Notes: a model not told the origin generated them from the letters alone. Shown: positions 26,229 through 39,732, numbered from the stretch's first letter. The stretch is DNA of 64,000 bases from Octopus sinensis (GCF_006345805.1 NC_043009.1:53072001-53136000); one strand, 5' to 3'. Made by a program: numbers and translations.

Positions 26229-28694
26229 CTGAAATATAGAATGAATAAGAAGTTATTTAAAGAAATAGTTATAAATATTTATGCTTTTAATTATGTAATG
26301 TGTGTCTGTTTTGTTTTGAGTGAGCTTATGCGTGTGTATACTTGGCCAACGATTTTTTAATTGTGTTTTCAAAGTTTTACGCAACATTGCAATATTATAC
26401 GGTATATGTGTGGTAATATTTGCAATAACGTGGGTTTAAGTTGGATACCATTGCGCAGCACCACGTTGGATAAATATCTTCTATTAGACCACCAAGTTGA
26501 TCAATAAGAAAAAAATTGTTGAATTGAAAGGCAGAAACAATCTGTAATCAGGGATTGTACATACAAACATTTACCCATCTCCATACATTTATTCACTAGA
26601 ACAAACAAACAATTTTAAAGATAGAATATTTCACTGTTATCTGGGGATGTGTAGGACTGGTGCAGGTGACCTCGGGGCATGTCCAGAGACATTTGGAGCT
26701 GTAGCACACATGTCTAAGGGCCAGGGTTGTGTACCTTAGCCTATGTTCTCATTGTTGTATTGCACAGAAATAGCTTCTACTTCATGACATAAAATGGGAT
26801 TCTTGACAGGTACTACCAGCCCTTAACGAAATTAAGAGCTGTGGTGAATAAGGGTAGTTTGTTACTTTCCAAAACTTCAGAAACCACGAACTGGAAAGAC
26901 ATTGCTGGATGTAGTTTAATGTCGCTATTCTCATTCCGAGAGATGTCAAAGATTGATTAAATTGGTTGACAATATTAAACTGATACGAAATCTATGAAAG
27001 CCTCGAATTACAGAAAGACACTTGTTAAGAATGAAACAGTTTAATTGAAATGCCTAACTTGATCGCTAGACCTACTAGAAGTAACAATAGAACTATCCTG
27101 AAATATTACATAATATATCAAAGGAAATATCAGATAATATATCACAGCAAAAGAATGATCACAGGTGTGTTGCATGATGGCGAATGTGGGACTAGACAAC
27201 AATTAGATTTGTAAAGTGATCAACAACAGCAATAGAAAGGAATATCAAAATAGCTAATATAAAGGGAGTGTCTGAATGACTCATCGTGAGAGTAAGAGTG
27301 TCTGGATGATTAATATAGAGGGGAGGAGCGTTTTGATGTCTAATTCAGAGAGGAGAAAACTAGTATAGAAAGGATTACTTAACACACCGACTCGTACAAC
27401 ATAATATTGATTTCTAACATGGTTACAAGACTCAACATACTTGAAAGAGTGGATTGTGAATAAAATCGACAACAATACTTGACTGCTAACGTCTTTTTAA
27501 ATCAAATCACGAATGATGAAGAAAAATCTCAGCCTGACAGAAATATATAATAAAATTTTAGAGTTTCATGGACGCTCTAAAAATATTCCAGTCCACACCT
27601 ATTTTACAATGCAATTATTTTACCAGGAAAACTGGTATTCCGTTTTTTTTTGTACAGAATTATGACTATGAATTGTTGAGAAATTTTTCTGAGATGCTTA
27701 TTTTTAGAGTTGGCAAAAAACAAAGAGCTTCTTTAACAATTAAATATTTCTCACACACCCACTGCACGGTAATGTTAATTATTTAGACAAAGCCTTCCAC
27801 TCTATCAGTCATTTAAATACTTTTTATAAAATGTGCAAATAACTTGAAACAAAAAACGTTTGAACTAAACAAAAATCAACGAAAAAAATGTAAAAGAAGA
27901 AAAAGACTTGATAAATCATTGTGAATAAACGAAAGCAGAGAAATATTGTGGGAATATTTTTCAGACATGAAAAGAAAAAAATACATCTAAATCGACCACA
28001 TTCTAATGATTTCTATCAGTAAATTAGTAGAATAATTAAAGCTGTTTTTCTAATTATTAACCCATTTTATTTTCAAGTAAAAAACGTCTTTTATATTTAT
28101 TTTTTTAGAATGTTATTTATTAAACATTGATATTTTATACATCAACTAACTATGAACTTCTGTAATTTAAATCAGGGACAGTGAAACTTTTTAGTGTGGC
28201 GGGCAAAAATTTCCAAAGAAAAGGGCCCGCCAAGAGAAAAAGATGTTTTATAAACACATTCTACCAGTATACGAAGTTTAAATTTTTTTAGTTACCTAGA
28301 AATTATGTTAAAAACTGCCGTTCAAACCGAAAAGATCCTATATATATCTATGTATAATTCGATATACATCAATAAAGATATAAGTTTAACACATTAAATT
28401 ATCATATAACTTCTTCATTCACGCCGCTACTGAATTTAGCACGTTTATATTACTTATGAGGTATCTTTCAGTTAGAGTGTAGTTGGGTCTCACGAGAGTA
28501 GTATAAACTTAGCAGTATGTGTTTTATAGTGAAAACAAAATTTCCACTCAAATGACAATTGCCGGACGATTTTCTGTTCGAGTATAACAGTTTTAAGTTG
28601 TAGTAGAAACGCGACCTATGTCGCATATAGGCATACTAGTATCGTATAAATTTTATAATTGAAAAATTTACTATATTTTGTTCATACGAGTATA

Positions 28695-28730
28695 CTAGCC
28701 TGCGGGCGTAAACTGCGCCCGCCGGCAGGG
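28695..28730 (-). other. Helitron-like 3' terminus: 7-bp GC hairpin followed by CTAG|T
   Basis: gcgggcg-taaactg-cgcccgc at 28702-28722; the minus strand reads hairpin-agg-CTAG-T. Confidence 0.35.
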
Positions 28731-29056
28731 ATTTCTCCACCCTCAATTTAAATAATCCCCTTCAATGCATGAGCAGCCCTTCCTTGTACGATAGCTTTTG
28801 GACTATGAAAAACTTCAATACCTTATCTCCCATATTCTTTTGGAAGTTGTTTAACTTTAGAACAATCTTCATTAGACAAATGATCAACGACATTCTCTCT
28901 GCGACTTTTCGTTCTTTTCTTCAGGTTAATATATATAGTGCTTCACCAAACTTAGGTTAATATATAAAGTGCTTCACCAAACTTAGATGGAGAACACACT
29001 TTACCCAAAACCACAACCATAACCACAACCACAACCAAAATCCTGACACACAATAC

Positions 29057-31480
29057 ATGCCTGACTATAACCGTTGCTTTTATGATAAACGTGACATGTC
29101 GTTCGACATGAAAAGGGTCTACCCTACCAACTTACCCTTCAACAAAAGAGTATGCATGCCACCCTATACTGACGCTGCTTTGGAAGCGAAGTTCACACTT
29201 ACTAAAGCCAAGATTCTATCAGCCTTCTCCAATTACACCCAAAGGCATATACAAGAACGCTCAGTAAATAAGACCCACGATCTTAACACCAAAATTAAGA
29301 AAGGCCTTAACATATTAAAAAGACGCATCAAAAACAGAGAGATTGTATGTTTCCCAACTGACAAATCAGGTAGGATGTCTGTTGACAACATACCTAATTA
29401 TATTTCGAACATGCAACCACACATCAGAGACATGACAGAAACCACAACACTCGAATATATCGAGAACGAAAAGATCGTTAATGCTCACATGGGGATGTGG
29501 AGTATAATTCTCCAGTCGGAGAAGCGCACAGCTAACAACTTCTTAACCACCAACAACGAAATCCCACCCCTATATGGCCTTCGCAAAGATCACAAGAGCC
29601 ACACGGATCATATACTTGGGCCACCCACCCGACCCGTTTGTGGTGCCAACAATGCAAACAACCACAAAATATCATACTTTCTCTCACAATTCCTACGACC
29701 GTTAATAGAACTATCTGCAGATGTATGTGACAGTACTGAGGACCTCCTTAGCAGGATCCGCGAATGCAACAACGCGTGTGACCTCAAGAACCACATCGTG
29801 GGTAGCATGGATGTGGTATCACTATACCCCTCCATCGATGTAGACTTTGCTGTCGATAAATGTATAGAAATAGTTAGTGAGAGTGGTATGATATTTAAGA
29901 ATGTGGATGTATATGAACTAGGGCTCTTCCTGGCCCTGACGTGTACCAATGAATACCTGTCGCGCAATAACCTTCTATATGCTTGTCCCACCCGTAACAA
30001 ACACGGTAGACCACCTACCATTACCTCAGCTTACAGGAAGACTCACTGTGAGCGCTGGCAGGGATGGACAAAGCCGGACTACCCACCTTCAAGTGCACAC
30101 GATATTAGAACCACCATCGCACATGCTATCGGTGTCAGCCTGAGATTTACGCTAAAAACACATATTTTTAAATTTGACAACAAACTGTATAAGCAAACGA
30201 AAGGCGGTGCTATTGGAGTGGGGATCGCCGGTGACGTTGCTAACCTCTTCATGGTATGGTGGGACAAGCGTTTTAAACAGTGCCTAGCAAACCGTAACAT
30301 CCACTTGGCTATGTACTCTCGTTACGTCGACGACATTAACCTTGTTGTGAAATATAATACAGACACAGGTATGGGCCCTCTACCAAGTGAAGAACAGGTG
30401 ATGACATCTATACAACACATAGCTGACTCTATCCACAGCAGTATAAAACTTACCATAGACTACCCCTCTAAACACCCCAGTAAACGATTACCCGTCCTAG
30501 ATACTGAGCTATGGATGGAAGATGCTATGGTTAATGGTACCATTAAACCCTGTATACTCCATTCACACTATCAGAAACCGATGGCTAATCCACTAGTAAT
30601 CCGTAGTGACTCAGCTATGTCGGATACTGCCAAACTCAACATCCTAGTGGCAGACTTAGTTAGAGTAATGAGGAATGTATCACCACTATGCCAACCACAA
30701 GAACGACAACAACACATCCAGCACTACATATTCCGAATGCAACGCTCCGGATACACACAAGACGATAGAGTCAGGGTGTACAAAGGAGCGAAAGCTAGAT
30801 TCGAACGCATTCTAAGGAACGACGAAAACGGTATATGCCCCCTGTACCGCAACAAGTTCTGGAATAGGTTAGAGAGGGACACCAACAAAAAGATGAGAAA
30901 CGTTACTTGGTACGATAACAGGAGATTTCACGGAGTGATGTTCGTTGACGCCACACCTAAGAACGAGCTAAGTAAGGCATTCAAGAAAGTCCTGCGCACT
31001 ATGGGCCTAAAAGTTAAAGTCGTAGAAAAGACAGGTAGGACTATCAAATCGGCATTATGCAGATCATATCCATTTGATAGAATCACCTGTCAAAGTAATT
31101 GTGCAGTATGTTCGACAAATCCACATGTAAATTGTAAAACCAAGGGCACTGTATACCAGATTAAGTGCCAGGAGGGAGCTTGCACGACTAACCCAGAGTC
31201 ATACATAGGTGAGACTTCTAGAAGAATCAATGATAGGTTCAAAGAACACCTGGACAACCACATTGAAAGGAAGCCAAACTCCATCTTCTACCAACATGCT
31301 GTAGACTGCCACAAGGGATCCTTAGGGAAGCTTAAGTTGAACATCCTATCAACACATCCCACCGATGCAATGTTGAGACAGGTCACAGAAGCTGTTTGTA
31401 TACAAGAATACAAACCTACTCTCAACCGAAAGTCCGAATGGAGTAACATCCAGAGCCCATTCAGAAGGACTATTCTATAA
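29057..31480 (+). CDS. Penelope-like retroelement polyprotein: reverse transcriptase plus C-terminal GIY-YIG endonuclease, 807 aa, uninterrupted
   Basis: PTDKSG, PPLYGLRKDHK, SMDVVSLYPSI, GGAIG, RYVDD, LPVLD, Cys-rich linker CQSNCAVC..NC, TVYQIKC..YIGETSR..RFKEH. Confidence 0.95.
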   Translation: MPDYNRCFYDKRDMSFDMKRVYPTNLPFNKRVCMPPYTDAALEAKFTLTKAKILSAFSNYTQRHIQERSVNKTHDLNTKIKKGLNILKRRIKNREIVCFPTDKSGRMSVDNIPNYISNMQPHIRDMTETTTLEYIENEKIVNAHMGMWSIILQSEKRTANNFLTTNNEIPPLYGLRKDHKSHTDHILGPPTRPVCGANNANNHKISYFLSQFLRPLIELSADVCDSTEDLLSRIRECNNACDLKNHIVGSMDVVSLYPSIDVDFAVDKCIEIVSESGMIFKNVDVYELGLFLALTCTNEYLSRNNLLYACPTRNKHGRPPTITSAYRKTHCERWQGWTKPDYPPSSAHDIRTTIAHAIGVSLRFTLKTHIFKFDNKLYKQTKGGAIGVGIAGDVANLFMVWWDKRFKQCLANRNIHLAMYSRYVDDINLVVKYNTDTGMGPLPSEEQVMTSIQHIADSIHSSIKLTIDYPSKHPSKRLPVLDTELWMEDAMVNGTIKPCILHSHYQKPMANPLVIRSDSAMSDTAKLNILVADLVRVMRNVSPLCQPQERQQHIQHYIFRMQRSGYTQDDRVRVYKGAKARFERILRNDENGICPLYRNKFWNRLERDTNKKMRNVTWYDNRRFHGVMFVDATPKNELSKAFKKVLRTMGLKVKVVEKTGRTIKSALCRSYPFDRITCQSNCAVCSTNPHVNCKTKGTVYQIKCQEGACTTNPESYIGETSRRINDRFKEHLDNHIERKPNSIFYQHAVDCHKGSLGKLKLNILSTHPTDAMLRQVTEAVCIQEYKPTLNRKSEWSNIQSPFRRTIL

Positions 31481-31649
31481 CCACCCCTCTCTCTCTCTCC
31501 CTTTTACCTGTAGTCCTTACATACAGGTTGCAATGCGTATGTGCAGTTATATACAACGGTATGAGCGGACGTTGTTTGATACGGACAGTTGCACTTAGGC
31601 GTTGTATCCATTCACGGTTAGACGATGATGAGAGGAACAAACACACACC

Positions 31650-32475
31650 CACACATATATATGTGTGTGCGTCTATACAAACATATATGTGAATATGTAT
31701 ACAACCTTCAGCAAAGTACCAGTCATGTACACAACTTGGACGGACACATGCCAGTACACGGACATACGTTCACATACACATACACATGTACACACTGACA
31801 CGTCGGCCCATTCTCCTAGACACTCACATACATACGTAGCACATGAATACAAACATACATACATACATACATACACACATGTATGCATACATACACACAT
31901 ACATACACACATACATACATACGCACATACATACATACATGCATACACAGGCGTATGTACGTACATGCATACGTACATACATACACACATGTATGCATAC
32001 ATACACACATACATACACACATACATACATACATACATAGATACATACATACATACATACATACATACATACATACAACATACGCACATACATACATACA
32101 TACGCACAATAGTAAAACAATAGTTCTGTGATATGGAGATAAAGATCTGATAATAGATTTTAGGGTATAGTTTTGGGAGTAAGCATCGTATATCACTTTC
32201 TAGCTTCGGCCGTAGGAAGTTGAAATTTGATAGCTTTGTGATGAGTGGTCACTCCACATCCATCCATCGCAACAGGTTTATAGCTTTATGTTTTATAGAG
32301 TGTGTGTGCGTGCATATACACACACATACATATATACATACATACACACATACATACATACATACATACATACATACATACATACATGCATACACAGGCG
32401 TATGTACGTACATGCATACGTACATACATACACACATGTATGCATACATACACACATACATACGTACATATATAT
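31650..32475. repeat. Compound (TACA)/(CA) satellite containing a duplicated ~150-bp block
   Basis: catgcatacacaggcgtatgtacgtacatgcatacg occurs near 31940 and near 32390. Confidence 0.8.
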
Positions 32476-33164
32476 GACGAACTAACTGTTACTTTCTTAG
32501 ATGCAGCACGGACTTTGTCAGTGAACAGGTCGCGGATTTTAGCGACGAAAATATTTTGACAAATTAAACTTAAATGTTGAAGTGAATCGAACGGCTTTTG
32601 TGTGTTTCTTAAATGGCTTATAAACACCTTCCACGCTGCAATTGTTTTCGTTTCAGCACACGATCTCAGATCAAATTACTTGCTATGCGAGTACATCTCC
32701 AATATATATATATATATATATATATAACATATGGTATAATTATAAAGAAGGCAAATTTTTAGCCATTATATATATATGATCAGAATAAGCAACAATGATA
32801 TCCAGAGGTAATGCAGTACGATCATTTCATACAACTCCATTTAATATAATAATAAAATCATTACATCAATTTAAAATGTAGAGCATGAAATTTATCACTC
32901 ACAACAACATACGAATGATTAGCAAAATTTTTGGGATCAAATCCTATCTACAATACTGAGTAAATAACTTACATGTATCATAAAATTTATTTATCAAAGC
33001 GAATTTGCCAACAAAGACGGGATCTGTAGGAGGATAATTCATTTTTCCTCTTTATCAAAATCTCTTGCTTTCTTCTATTTGCATGTATGTATGTATGTAT
33101 GTATGTATGTATGTATGTATGTATGTATGTATGTATGTATGTATGTATGTATGTATGTATATAT

Positions 33165-33216
<52 letters not shown>

Positions 33217-34228
33217 ATACACACATTATATATATCAACACTCTATTGGATGTTATGGGGGAGGGAAAAATAAAAATATGGTGATAAAATAATGGAATAT
33301 TTCATACCTCTGTAATAAATTCTGCTTCTAACAGTATACCGTTAACGACGCATATTCCGTTGAGAAATTTCTCTTATGACATATAAAATATATTTTCAAA
33401 CCGTTCGCATTCCCAAAACCTATTTGTATTCTTAACGTTTTTTTTTCTATAATCGCATCGCAAAACTTCTAAGGCTTTGCGATAAAAAACAAATTTTAAA
33501 TGAATAAACAAATAAATAACTACATTAATTAATTATTTATATGTGTAAAAGAAAAAAAGAAGGAATATCACCTTACCAACAAATATGTATCGAGGCAAAA
33601 CTCCGTTCATTTTCGACGCGCTTAGTTTGAAGAAAAATCAAACAGGTTTGGTTGTGTCAAATAAAGACTGTGTTCTACTCCAAAAATAAAGCGATTGTAT
33701 GTAGGTAGTAACTGTTAACCGGATAGGTTATACTCTACCTGTTTTATGATTATTAAAACCTGATTGGTTGTCTTAATGGCGTATGATATCATTATATACA
33801 GGTATGCTATTTCACATCAATAAACAGGCACAACAGTTTTACAGACTTACACGCAAGAATTCATTTGCAGAACACACTTAGAAACTCGTTTTGGGACAAT
33901 GCACAAAATGAGAGTTGCACTGCTCATACATGCACACATACATACATACACACATACATACACACACACATACATATACAATTCCATATATATGGAGAAA
34001 CATACATTCATGCAGGCATACATGCGCACAAACACACACATATATATATCATATTATTTAAATATAACATGTACACACACACGCGCACTAAACACACGAT
34101 AAAATCAATGTACACAATAATGCTTCTCAACCACTATACTAAAAGCGAGTGTCTTTTCGTATAGCTTCGGCCGATCAATGTCGGGCGAGTGAATTAAGTA
34201 GAGGGAACGTGTGTTGAAACCCCTCCTG

Positions 34229-34274
<46 letters not shown>

Positions 34275-34275
<1 letters not shown>

Positions 34276-34760
34276 CTCTATATTATAATTCTGAAATGCG
34301 AAAAGTTTGTCTGGTTTGGGCATTGGAACGGGTTAAGGGGCACTAGTTGGGGTCAGATTGACTCCAAAATTTACAGAGACATGTAAAATGAGATGAGGAT
34401 GCGAGTGGGCTAGGTTAGAAATCATTATCTTAAAAGGTGTCGTTGCTAGGGCAAAAAACGCACACTTTGACAAGTCTCCTCTCATTCTTTTATCTGCCTG
34501 TCTTCCTCCATCTCTCTCTCTCTCTTTCCTCCCTTCATTTCACGTTCTCTCTATAACGTCGTTTGATAGCGTCTACTATCTTTCCTCCGCCGCATTCAAT
34601 ATTTTTACGCTTTTTAAACCCTTCGTCGTTATTCTTATTCACTCATTATTACTTTCTCTCTCCCCCTCTCTCTCTATCTATATATAGAAAGAATGATTCT
34701 CATGATTGTGTGGTGGTGGTTATGGCGATGATAATTATCTCTATGAATGCAGATAGACGT

Positions 34761-34813
<53 letters not shown>

Positions 34814-35204
34814 GAGAGTGATAGTGTTGGTGAGTGCAGCGGAGGAAAGATAGTAGACGCTATCAAACGACGTTATAGAGAGAAAGTGAAAGGAAGGGAG
34901 AAAGTAATAATGAGTGAATGAGAATAACTACGAAGGGTTTAAAAACGTAAAAATATTTTCTATCTCAACATACTCAAGATCTTTTGTTGTTTCTAAATAG
35001 GAGATAGATAGATAGAGAAATATAGAGAGTAAAAGAACGCGTGGGAGAGTCCGAGAGAAGTGAAGAGTAAGAGAGTGAGAAAGTGAGAGAGAAAGGAGAG
35101 AGAAACAAAGAGGGAGAATGTGGCGATAAGAAACAGAAAGGAAGCAACAGAAAGTAACAACCACAACCTCACCCGCGCGTTTAGAACGGGTCACCTTAAG
35201 TTAG
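34275..35204 (+). mobile_element. Putative non-autonomous Helitron
   Basis: A|TCTCTATATTATAA start; acccg..cgggt hairpin at 35171-35191 followed by TTAG|T (variant of CTAG). Confidence 0.45.
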
Positions 35205-35429
35205 TCTTTATATATTTCTTTACTGCCCACAAGAGAGGACAAACAAGGACATATAAAGGGATTAAGTCGATTACATCGACTCCAGTCCGAAACTGGTACC
35301 TTATTTATCGTAAAACCTATATATATATACGTATATATATATAGGTTTTACGTCTATGTTATTGCGAGAATATAGTTGCGTGTATTTTTTAGTTATTTTT
35401 CTCCACCTATAAGTGTTACTTCAGAAATG

Positions 35430-35612
35430 TTTGGGGAGGGAGCCAGTCGAGTAGATCGACCCCAGTACACAACTGGTACTTAATTTATCGACCTCGAAAG
35501 GATAAAAAGCAAGGTTGACCTTGGCTGAATTTGAACATAGAACGTAAAGAAAGACGAAATACTGCTAAGCATTTCGCCCGGTGTGCAAACGATTCTGCCA
35601 GCTCGCCGCCTT
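35430..35612 (-). mobile_element. SINE family A
   Basis: Reverse-complement head ccagctcgccgcctt at about 35600. Confidence 0.8.
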
Positions 35613-37619
35613 ATGAGAGGTAATATTGTATGAAAAAGTGAGTTCAAAGTGTATTTCAGTTCCGAAAGTTATGAAGTACGTGTTATAGTTAAATTACTTG
35701 ATACAGTTATAATGTTTAGAGAAAGATATTTTCAAAATGTTTATTTTGAAAAGCTATAATATTTAGAGAATTATTTTTAAATGTTAGGATTAAGAAAAAA
35801 ACTTTTTAGAAGGTATTGTTATGGTTAAATTATTTGATACAGTTATTATATTTAGAGACAGATTTTGTCAAAATGTTAGGATTAAGAAAGAAATTTCTAA
35901 AGAGTAGAATTAGTATTTTTTAGGTAATAATAGCATTAGTCGAATCTATTTTTATGCTGTCGAAGTGCAAAGTTTCCATAGTTCCGACGGCCAACGGCAT
36001 GAAAATAGGTCTAACAAATTTTATTGATATCTGAAAAAATACTGAGTTTCCAACATTTTTATGGTAGAGACTTATGAGAGGTAATATTGTGTGAGAGAGT
36101 GAGTTCAATGCGTATTTCAGTCCCGAACGTTATGAAGCACTTGTCATTGTTAAATCACTTGATACAGTTATAATATTTAGAGACAGAGTTTTTTCAAAAT
36201 GTTTATTAATTCTGCCATGACAAGAAGCGGACAAGAACAAAACCTGTGTGGTAATGGCGGACTGCCATAAAAATGACGTAGTCCATATAGAGAGACACGT
36301 CTCATCTTTCAGTTCGAAAGGGATATTCCTCAGTCACATCTGCTGCAGCAACAGTGGTTTGGGTAAAGAGATGGGGAACATATCTAATCAATTTGACCAC
36401 TATGTAGATCCCGCTGTGCATTGCAGCTATTTAACTTATGAAAACGGATTCGAAAAACCAACCACTTTCAAGACGATTCCCAAGCAATGATGGTCGAACC
36501 TATCGAAAGTTTGCAACTGCTCCATATTGTCCAGAGACCTACAGAAGGCAGATTTATTCTCAACTCTTCCTATGTTGAATCTTATAAAGTGGAGGTTGTC
36601 CTGGATGAATCTGTTGGAGAACGCGCAAGTTTGCACTTATCCGACCAGACGACATGCGCCGACCGCTTTGCTAACACTGCGAACAAGATCTTAAATTCTA
36701 CTTTTAACTGAGAGGTATCTACGATGACTTCTCCACAGTGTTACTCTTCCACAGTACAAGACACTGATAATTTCTCCATTCTGCTAGTTACAGATATTTG
36801 CCATGAAGTCACCAAAAAGTTTGACACGTATTCATAAACTTCGAAGGATAGACCACGTGATTGCACGAGACGGAAATCACCCAAATCGGGTAATTGTCAT
36901 CTTGTGCAGTCACTTAACGCTCTCTTTATTTTAGCTGTTTGTATAAGTCTTTCACAAAACCACGCATCCTTTGTGGGCCGTCGAGATAGAAACTAAAGTT
37001 TACCATCAACTCTGACACTTTATCTGCCGGAGACAGTAAAGTAAAGTGCTGTTGCAATTCCTCATATCTCTACTCGGAACAGAATAGCATTTACCCATTG
37101 CTATCAGTCAAAATTCAGATCTGTGAGGTAAGTCGATAAAATATTAAGTGAAAAGTGATGTGAGAATGTGAGTGTGTGTGTATGTGTGTGCGTATGCTGC
37201 ATAAGTGTGTCTGTGTGAATGGGGAAGAAATGGTTGAAGGAAGGTGTGTGTATGTAGATGTTGAGTTAGGATACGTGAATGATGTGTGAGGGTTGGTAGG
37301 GTATAGATGGTAGAGAATTGATGGCACGTAGGTGTGCTATGAGGGTGTCTGTATGGTTCGGGCAGCAATGAAGGGATGAAAAGAGAGGTAGGTATTGGGA
37401 CGGACGTGCAGACAGGGTAAAGATATGATAAACATTTGAATAAAATGGTGTGTAAAGTTTTGGAAAGATGACCAGCTCTTCTTTCCTCTGGAAGCCAAAG
37501 GTGCGAAAATCAGTATTAGGGGTTAAACCTAAGATCAAAAGATATTGGACGAAAGAGTGCAGTGTTTGGAGGAGTAGAAATGTCGTGAGAAGACAGCCAA
37601 TGTTTAGTTGGATGTCTCT

Positions 37620-37845
37620 GAGATGCTGTTTCTTTACTACCCACAAAGGGCTAAACACAGAGGACACAGACAGAGGGATTAAGTCGATTATATCGACCCC
37701 AGTGCATAACTGGTACTTAATTTATCGATCCCGAAAGGATGAAAGGCAAAGTCGACCTCGGCGGAATTTGAACTCAACGTAACGGCAGACGAAATATGGC
37801 AACGCATTTCGCCCGGCGTGCTAACGATTCTGCCAGCTCGCTGAG
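37620..37845 (-). mobile_element. SINE family A
   Basis: Same head and tail as the other copies. Confidence 0.8.
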
Positions 37846-38358
37846 ATGCACCAGATATCTCGGAGAGTTGGCGATCGGATTGTCCAATGTGAATCGCTGT
37901 CTTTCCTTTTGGTTTTTTCGCGCCCTTTTTCTCAAGGTTTCGCCCCAGTATCTTTGGCATTCTTTCCTCTATGTCCTTCTTTCCCTGTCTCTACGGGAAT
38001 CTATTCTGATCTTTGGAAACATGTTTCAAAATGTCCCATTCACCAGATAAGTAACCACTGGGATCTAAGAGATTACTAACCCAGGGCTCTCACTTTCTAC
38101 CAATGAATATTGAGGGAAACAGTATTACATGTGAAGTCAACAAAACATTTGACCATATCTGGCATGTTAATGCTCTAACAAATCTACCTGTCTATGGAGT
38201 TTGTGTCCTAGATTGAAAGCCCTTTGTCAATTAATAGAACACTTTCTCAAATACACAGAAACAATTCCAATTTTAGATTCAGCAAGTTTAGTGAATATTT
38301 CAGCTTCTAATAGATGCTAACTTAGGTGTCTAGTTTGACCGTGTTTTCTTCTTCTTCT

Positions 38359-38390
<32 letters not shown>

Positions 38391-39732
38391 CCGCCTTCTC
38401 CTCCCCTCCTCCCTCCTCCTCCTCCCCTTCTTCTTCTTCACCATCATTATTATTATCATTGTCTGTATCTTCTTGATAATGACGATAACCACAGCGACGA
38501 AGATGACACCTTCCAAAATAATTATTTCGGCTACTGGCATGAAGCCTGCATTTATAAGAAGGGTAGTCGATTACTCCGACCGCAGTCCTCAAACGGTACT
38601 TAATTTATCGATTTAGAAAAGACGAAAGGCAAAGTCGACCTTGGAACTCAGATTGTAAAACCGGAAGAACTTCCAATAAGCATTTCATTAGGCGTACTAA
38701 TGATTGTGCTAGGTCGTCGCCACACTCATTTCCAAATAATAGTATCAAATTTTGGCGCAAAGCCAGCATTTTTGGAGAAGGGATGAGTCGATTACATCGA
38801 TCCCAGTGCTTCGGCTGGGATTTTATCGATCGCATGGGGACGAATGGCAAAATCGATCCGGCAGCATTTGTTGTTAGGATGTGAAGTCAGAAGAAATACT
38901 GCTTAGCATTTTTTCCAGCGCAGTAACGATTGTGCCAGCAGACACCTAATTGAGTCATTCACCAACATATCACAAGCTCTGACCAACAGGAAGTCTGATT
39001 TCTTACATCGTCGAATTTACCGCTACTATAGTGTTCCATGATATCTCGATCCACTCTGTCTCGGGTTCTTCTTTCAATGACAAAGCTCATGGCCAGAGAT
39101 TATGTCGCATGTATAAAAGTCATAGTGACAGCCACTTCTTCGAGTTGTCTGAAAACTATGGACACTTCCTACTGACCTAGGTAAGCGGTAAACCCAGTAT
39201 CGTCTTGCAGACCAACGTAGGTTAGGGGCATAGTGACTCTTCTAGACCTACAAAAGCTATAGATACATATATTTTTTTTCTAGTACTTCGTGGTTATGAA
39301 CGCAGTTGCTTCTTTCAGACCTACAAAGGCAATTTACATGGACCACATGCTTTTAAACTAAACAGTAAAAACAATAACACAACGATATTTTGATGTATTT
39401 ATTATTTTAACATGAATCGCAATTCTTTTCTTACATCACTTGAACCGATTCTATTATATTGATCTCCAAATATTAAAAAAGCAAAATAAACTGTAGTGTT
39501 AGGATTTGAACTTGGAACATAGCTGTAAGTGACGAAATCACTTGCTGTAATATTTCCGCCCACCAATCCACCATGCTCCTGCTACTAATTCGTATTACAT
39601 TTAATTTGTAGTATTTGCACAATACTTAAATTTGTGGGAATGTTGATTAAATCGACCTCAGTAAAAGACTGTTATTTTAATTATAATAAGGCAACTTATG
39701 ATGGAGATAAATGTTGTTATATAATATAGTTT

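Noticed and set aside
27281-27475. Candidate first exon of gene A
   Set aside because: No in-frame ATG gives a signal-like peptide ending at a phase-1 donor.
29057-31480. Selenocysteine read-through or N-terminal endonuclease (Naiad-type) architecture
   Set aside because: There is no in-frame TGA, the upstream stop is TAA, and the GIY-YIG is C-terminal.
36230-37080. Coding-like, GC-richer segment
   Set aside because: Probably a decayed transposon, but I could not recognise any motif well enough to assign it.
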